DNA from: Sandaracinaceae bacterium
GTDB lineage: Bacteria > Myxococcota_A > Polyangia > Polyangiales > Sandaracinaceae
Length of the DNA: 11,784 nt
NCBI GenBank assembly: GCA_044220955.1
Contig: JBGAQA010000147.1
Coordinates: 1 to 11,784, forward strand
Reading direction: 5' to 3'
Within the stretch, counting starts at the first letter, position 1. Every line of letters starts with the position of its first letter. The position numbers and the translations under genes were made by a program. The notes beneath the pieces are model-generated. The model searched no databases and was not told the DNA's origin. It saw only the letters and a program-made list of their open reading frames with translations. Shown one piece after another: positions 7,221 to 11,784 of the stretch.

Positions 7221-8211
7221 GCTGGTCGACCCCGTCGCGAGCGCGTCGCTCGCCGAGCGCTTGCTCGAGCCCGCTCGGCCGCGGCTCGACGACGCGTGCG
7301 CGATCGCCGAGTCCGAGACGGACACGAGCGCGGTGTGGGCGGCGCTGATCGCGCGCGGACTCGTCGACACCGATCGGGCGTCCGCGTGGCGATTCGAGCA
7401 CGCCACCGCGCCCGGGCGTGTGCGCAGCGTGCCGCACTGGACGGTGGAGGCGATCCTCTTCGCCGCGAGCGCCGCCGAGATGGCCGTGGTGGAGCGGCTC
7501 GCGTACGAGGCGCAGCGCCGGCTCGCGCCCTACGGGTTCGCGCCGGTCACTCGCGTGACGTGGCAGACGCTGCGCGCACGCGTCACGACCTGGCTCGACT
7601 CGTCGCGGGATCCGGGCCTGCCGCGGCCGCACCGGCCGGTGAGCCGACGCTGCGTCGCGGCGCTCGAAGCCTCGCTCGACGCGGGATCGATCGCCGAACA
7701 CGACGCGCGCTACCCGACGTACGACGACAACCCCTTCGCCCCCGTCTACTGGGACGAGGTCGGGACCTCGGCCTCCGCCGCCGGCGGCCCCGCGCGGACC
7801 ACGCCGCGGCTCGGCACCTCACCGGCGCGCGCGCTCGTGGCCGAGGCGCTCGTGGGTCGACGCGCAGAGTGGGCGGGCGCGTTCGGCGACTCCGAGGTCG
7901 CTCGCGAGAGCCCCTTCGAGCCGATCTTCGAGGTGTGGGCGCGAGGCTTCACCTTCACTCCCACGGCGACCGGCGAGATCGTGCTCGGTCTGCCCGAGAC
8001 GGACTACGAGATCCTCGCGTGCGTGGGCTGCGGCCGGATCGTGCGCGTCGCGACGCCCTCGCGCTTCGGCCTCGTTGCCGGAGAGTGGTGCCCCGAGCAC
8101 GGCCCCGTCTGCGGCGAATGCGTCATCGATCCCGGTGCGTGGTCGAACGACGCCCTCTGCTGCGTGTGCCGCGGCGGCGTCGTGGGCCACGCCCATCGGC
8201 CGGATCCGTGA
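7219..8211 (+). CDS. Hypothetical protein (330 aa) with a C-terminal Cys/His-rich putative zinc-binding domain
   Basis: GC3-biased open frame. Tail reads CVGC...CPEHGPVCGEC...CCVC (~8020-8170). The ORF-track extension to 7132 runs through intron RNA, so ATG 7219 is preferred. May be 5'-truncated. Confidence 0.7.
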   Translation: MLVDPVASASLAERLLEPARPRLDDACAIAESETDTSAVWAALIARGLVDTDRASAWRFEHATAPGRVRSVPHWTVEAILFAASAAEMAVVERLAYEAQRRLAPYGFAPVTRVTWQTLRARVTTWLDSSRDPGLPRPHRPVSRRCVAALEASLDAGSIAEHDARYPTYDDNPFAPVYWDEVGTSASAAGGPARTTPRLGTSPARALVAEALVGRRAEWAGAFGDSEVARESPFEPIFEVWARGFTFTPTATGEIVLGLPETDYEILACVGCGRIVRVATPSRFGLVAGEWCPEHGPVCGECVIDPGAWSNDALCCVCRGGVVGHAHRPDP

Positions 8212-8409
8212 CCCACGGGAGGAGCGTGAGTCGATCCTCGCCAACACCGCGCCCTTTCCCCTGTCGTTCGGCCGCCCCCGCACGTACCCGCGAGGCACGC
8301 GGCGCCGCGTTCTCCCGCTCCCGCTCCTCCCGGGAGCTCGTCGAGAGGTCGATCGTCACCACCGGGTGAGGATACGCAGGCGAGCCGGTGGACGCTCGGG
8401 GCAAACGCG

Positions 8410-8435
8410 CTAAACGTACGTTTAGAACGACCGTT
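8410..8435. promoter_or_regulatory. Putative TetR operator(s)
   Basis: Perfect 16-bp palindrome CTAAACGTACGTTTAG (8410-8425), immediately followed by a second AACG-NN-CGTT (8426-8435), just before the TetR ATG at 8440. Confidence 0.75.
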
Positions 8436-8439
8436 GAAC

Positions 8440-9117
8440 ATGCCGCCCCGCAGCACGACCCGAACCGCGACGACCCGATCCGCCACGACCCGATCCGCCA
8501 CGACCCGAGCGGCGGCGACCGGAGCCCCCAGCGCCCCCGACGAGAGCGTCGTGCGGCTCCGGGTTCGCGAGGCGGCCCGCGGCGAGTTCGCCGCCCACGG
8601 CCTCGACGCGGCGTCCGTCCACACGATCGCGAAGAGCGCCGGCGTGACCGCGGCGATGATCAACTACTACTTCGGCGGCAAGCGAGCGCTCTACGACGCG
8701 GTCGTCGAGGAGGCGCAAGGCAGGCTGCTCGCGCGCCTCGCGGAGGCGATCGGCAGCACCTCGAAGGGCGGGGCGCCGGCGCGCCTGGCGGGCGCCTACT
8801 TCGACTTCCTCGCCGAGGACGGTCAGCTCCAGCGACTGCTCCTGCGCCAGATCCTCGATCGTGACGACCACGTGCGCGAGCGCTCGGCGCTGTTCGTTGG
8901 CCCGCTCCGCGCGTTCCTCGAGCAGCACTTCGGCGTCGGCGACCCAGCGGTGCAGGGCGCGATCAGCCTCTTCGGGGCCGTCGCCGGCTACTTCCTCTAC
9001 GAGCCCGTCCTGGCGCCCTTCCTCGGCGACGACCCGCTCTCGGAGGAGAGCCTGGCGAGGCGCCGCGCTCACGTGATCCGACTGGCCACCGTCCTCGAGA
9101 AGGAGAGCCGAAGATGA
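8440..9117 (+). CDS. TetR/AcrR-family transcriptional regulator
   Basis: HTH region reads AARGEFAAHGLDAASVHTIAKSAGVTAAMINYYFGGKRALYDAV. Its stop overlaps the next start (ATGA 9114-9117). Start ATG 8440 (TTG 8434 is in frame). Confidence 0.95.
   Translation: MPPRSTTRTATTRSATTRSATTRAAATGAPSAPDESVVRLRVREAARGEFAAHGLDAASVHTIAKSAGVTAAMINYYFGGKRALYDAVVEEAQGRLLARLAEAIGSTSKGGAPARLAGAYFDFLAEDGQLQRLLLRQILDRDDHVRERSALFVGPLRAFLEQHFGVGDPAVQGAISLFGAVAGYFLYEPVLAPFLGDDPLSEESLARRRAHVIRLATVLEKESRR
8452..8511 (+). repeat. 15-bp tandem repeat x4 encoding (S/A)TTR(T/S/A)
   Basis: AGCACGACCCGAACC / GCGACGACCCGATCC / GCCACGACCCGATCC / GCCACGACCCGAGCG. Confidence 0.9.
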
Positions 9118-10166
9118 CCCCCCGCAGCAACCCGTTCGAGATCACCCGCCTCGTGGTCGGCGCCCGCCTCCGGTGGAAGCACCCCCTCTATCTCGTCCAC
9201 GCGATGACCGCGCGCTGCAACGCGCGCTGCGGCTTCTGCGCGTGGAACCCGGACTTCTACGACCCCCGTGCGCAGCTCTCGACGGACGCCATCAAGCGTC
9301 TCTACACGGACGCGCGCCGCGCGGGCTTCATCGGGCTCTCGGTCTGGGGGGGAGAGCCGCTCGTGCACCCGGACTTCGGCGAGCTCGTGCGCCACGCCCA
9401 CGCGACCGGGCTCATCACGCACATGGTCACCAACGGCTTCCTCCTCGAGAAGAAGCTCGATGCGGTCGTGCCCTACGTGGACCGCATCTGCATCTCGCTC
9501 GACCATCCGTCGAGCAAGCACGACGAGCTCCGGGGCATCAAGGGGCTCTTCGACAAGATCGTCTCCGCGACGCGGGCGATCCGCCGCGAGTCCCCGAAGA
9601 AGCAGATCGTGATGGTCTACACGCTGCTCTCGCAGAACGTGGACGCCGAGACCCTGCGCGCGGCCGCGGAGCTCATGAAGGAGCTCGGGGTGCTCGGCGT
9701 CTTCAACGGCTTCCGCGACGAGGCGGCGACCAACGATCCCGGCGCGACCCTCTCGAAGTGGGCGCCCTCGCAGGAGCGGCTCGCCGACGCGTTCGGCACG
9801 CTCTCGGAGCTCAAGCGACGCGGGTACCCGATCCTCAACTCGTTCACCTACATGGACATGATGCGGAAGGGGCCGCCTACCTACCGCTGCCACTGGCCCA
9901 AGTTCATGCTCCCGATCGAGGCCAACGGAGACGTCGTCGACTGCATGCACTGGGGCACCCGGCCCCTGGGCAACGTCGGCAAGACGCCGTTCGCGGAGAT
10001 CCTGCGGAGCCCGCGCCTGCGGGCCCTCGCGGGAGACGCCGGCGAGAGCTGCCACAAGTGCGCCTCGATCCATCGCGTCGAGATCTCCGAGGTCTGCTCG
10101 GGGAACCCCGAGCCGCTCCTCTCCTGGCGGATGCTGCGCAAGACGCCGCAGCCGAGGGTCGGGTGA
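9114..10166 (+). CDS. Radical SAM protein with a C-terminal SPASM/twitch domain (350 aa)
   Basis: CNARCGFC (CxxxCxxC, 9216-9239), GGEP, MVTNG and ISLD motifs. The C-terminal CHWPKFMLPIEANGDVVDC...LGNV...CHKC pattern fits an auxiliary cluster. Confidence 0.95.
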   Translation: MTPRSNPFEITRLVVGARLRWKHPLYLVHAMTARCNARCGFCAWNPDFYDPRAQLSTDAIKRLYTDARRAGFIGLSVWGGEPLVHPDFGELVRHAHATGLITHMVTNGFLLEKKLDAVVPYVDRICISLDHPSSKHDELRGIKGLFDKIVSATRAIRRESPKKQIVMVYTLLSQNVDAETLRAAAELMKELGVLGVFNGFRDEAATNDPGATLSKWAPSQERLADAFGTLSELKRRGYPILNSFTYMDMMRKGPPTYRCHWPKFMLPIEANGDVVDCMHWGTRPLGNVGKTPFAEILRSPRLRALAGDAGESCHKCASIHRVEISEVCSGNPEPLLSWRMLRKTPQPRVG

Positions 10167-10169
10167 CGC

Positions 10170-11784
10170 ATGACGACCTTCTCCGATCGCGCGCAGTTCG
10201 AGCGGGTCATGGGCGCGCTGTTCGAGCGCCTCATGGCGGCCCCGCTCGTGGCCGAGCCGCTGTGCCGCACCGACATGGTGGTCCGCTTCCGCTACCCCGA
10301 TCTGGGCTCGGTCCTCACGTTCGACTTCAAGAGCCGACCGGCGGCGCTCCGCCGCACCGACGAGCTCGAGGCGGACGTCGAGCTCGTGCAGTCCTCCGAC
10401 ACCGCGCACGAGTTCTGGCTCGGGCGGCTCAACGCCGTGCAGGCGATCGCGACGGGCAAGGTCCGACCGCGCGGCGACGTGGCCAAGGCCCTCAAGCTCC
10501 TCCCCGCGATCAAGCCGGCGTTCGCCATCTACGCGGACGTCGCGCGAGCGCACGCGCTCGGCGGCGCAACGCCGGAGGGGCCGGCGGACCCGCGCCCGAC
10601 CCAGCGGCTCCACCCGACTCAGCGGATCTGGCGCAGGCTGCGCGCCCTCGTGCGTCCCGGGCCCACGATCGAGCGCGGGCGACTGCCTCAGGACACGTTC
10701 CCTCCGCTGCGGGACGAGCAGCCTGCGGTCGCGACCACGCTCCTGCCGCTGCCCACGGAACGCTCGGACCTCCGCGCGGAGATGCTCCACCGCATGTGCT
10801 TGATCCGCGAGCTCGAGGAGCAGCTCGCGGCCTCCTGGGAGCGGGGCGAGCTGCCGACGAGCGCGATCCACCTGAGCAGCGGCCAGGAGGCGACCGCGGT
10901 GGGCGTGTGCTTCGCGCTCCGTGCCGACGACGTCGTGGCGAGCACCCACCGGGGGCATGGGCACATGCTCGCCAAGGGCGCGCCCGCGGATCGCATGCTC
11001 GCCGAGATCTTCGGCAAGGCCTCCGGCCTCTGCGGGGGCAAGGGGGGCAGCATGCACGTCACCGACGCGAGCGTGGGCGGTCTCGGCGCCAACGGAATCG
11101 TCGGGAGCTCGCCCGTGCTCGCGGTCGGCGCGGCGCTCGCGTTCGCGCACCGAGGCGAGGACCGGGTCGCGGTCGCGTTCATGGGTGACGGCGCGACCAA
11201 CCAGGGGATGTTCCACGAGGCCCTGAACCTCGCGTCGGCCTGGCGGCTCCCCGTGCTCTTCGTCGTCGAGAACAACGGCTACGGCGAGTTCACCTCTCAG
11301 GCCCGCTCGACGAACATCGCGCGCCTCGCGGATCGGGCCGCTGCCTACGGGATGCCTGGGGAGACGATCGACGGCAACGACGTCGAGGCCGTCTGGACGG
11401 CCGCGAGCCGGCTCGTGGAGCGCGCGCGCGCAGGCGCTGGCCCGGCGCTCCTCGAGTGCACCACCTACCGGCTCCGGGGTCACATGGAGGGCGACGCCCA
11501 GACCTACCGCGCCGCGGACGAGCGTCGCGCGTGGGCGGCCCGCGATCCCATCGCTCGCCTCGCCGTCGTGGTCGGCGAGGAGGTCGCGGCGCAGGCCAGC
11601 GCGCAGGCCAGCGCGACCATCGAGTCGGCGCTCGCGATGGCGCGTGCGGCGCCCGAGCCGGGCCCCGAGGCCCCGCCGCCGCCGCCGGCGTCCCCGCCCG
11701 CGCGCGCCGCCTCGCTGGCCGACACGATCGGGCTGGCGCGCCTGCTGGGCCTGCCGCGCCTGCCCGCGCAGCGCGAACGCGCCT
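10170..11784 (+). CDS. SCP2 (sterol-carrier/lipid-binding) domain fused to a ThDP-dependent dehydrogenase E1-alpha subunit (AcoA/PdhA-like); 3' end outside the window
   Basis: Absent from the ORF track because there is no stop. ATG lies 3 nt after the radical SAM stop and the frame is open for 538 codons. The N-terminal part (..DTAHEFWLGRLNAVQAIATGKVRPRGDVAKALKL..) is SCP2-like. The E1-alpha motifs follow: HLSSGQEA, STHRGHGH, GKGGSMH, GANGIVG, GDG-X26-NN (11184-11276) and TYRLRGHMEGD. Confidence 0.92.
   Translation, partial: MTTFSDRAQFERVMGALFERLMAAPLVAEPLCRTDMVVRFRYPDLGSVLTFDFKSRPAALRRTDELEADVELVQSSDTAHEFWLGRLNAVQAIATGKVRPRGDVAKALKLLPAIKPAFAIYADVARAHALGGATPEGPADPRPTQRLHPTQRIWRRLRALVRPGPTIERGRLPQDTFPPLRDEQPAVATTLLPLPTERSDLRAEMLHRMCLIRELEEQLAASWERGELPTSAIHLSSGQEATAVGVCFALRADDVVASTHRGHGHMLAKGAPADRMLAEIFGKASGLCGGKGGSMHVTDASVGGLGANGIVGSSPVLAVGAALAFAHRGEDRVAVAFMGDGATNQGMFHEALNLASAWRLPVLFVVENNGYGEFTSQARSTNIARLADRAAAYGMPGETIDGNDVEAVWTAASRLVERARAGAGPALLECTTYRLRGHMEGDAQTYRAADERRAWAARDPIARLAVVVGEEVAAQASAQASATIESALAMARAAPEPGPEAPPPPPASPPARAASLADTIGLARLLGLPRLPAQRERA

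Noticed and set aside
9069..11483. 804-aa minus-strand ORF and the 671-aa plus ORF 9173..11188
   Set aside because: Shadow frames of the radical SAM and SCP2-E1 genes, which carry all the recognisable motifs.
11587..11616. 12-bp tandem duplication GCGCAGGCCAGC x2 (also the PTQRL/PTQRI repeat near 10596-10628)
   Set aside because: Short in-frame slippage duplications in variable helical or linker regions; no evidence of function.

Overview
Very GC-rich bacterial DNA; the CTC/GTC-rich codon style and Asp-rich surface lipoprotein suggest Myxococcota (inference). The left ~8.4 kb is an accessory mosaic. It has four intact + strand genes: a 1336-aa Asp-rich/IPT-TIG surface lipoprotein, a 215-aa lipoprotein, an orphan AbiEii/DUF6036-like nucleotidyltransferase and a Cys-tailed hypothetical protein. 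These are separated by debris: a frameshifted YkgJ gene, a CoA-transferase III N-terminal stub, an IS21-like end and the 3' end of a group II intron whose terminal AT forms the next gene's ATG. There are also two ~93%-identical direct copies of an IS91/ISCR transposase fragment. Both are interrupted at the same codon by the same 103-nt inverted-repeat element, and they bracket the two lipoprotein genes. The right ~3.4 kb is an intact operon: a TetR gene with a perfect 16-bp palindromic operator candidate, a radical SAM/SPASM enzyme, and an SCP2 lipid-binding domain fused to a ThDP-dependent E1-alpha subunit. The fusion gene is missing from the ORF track because it runs off the window. All family calls come from motifs recognised by eye; no searches were run.
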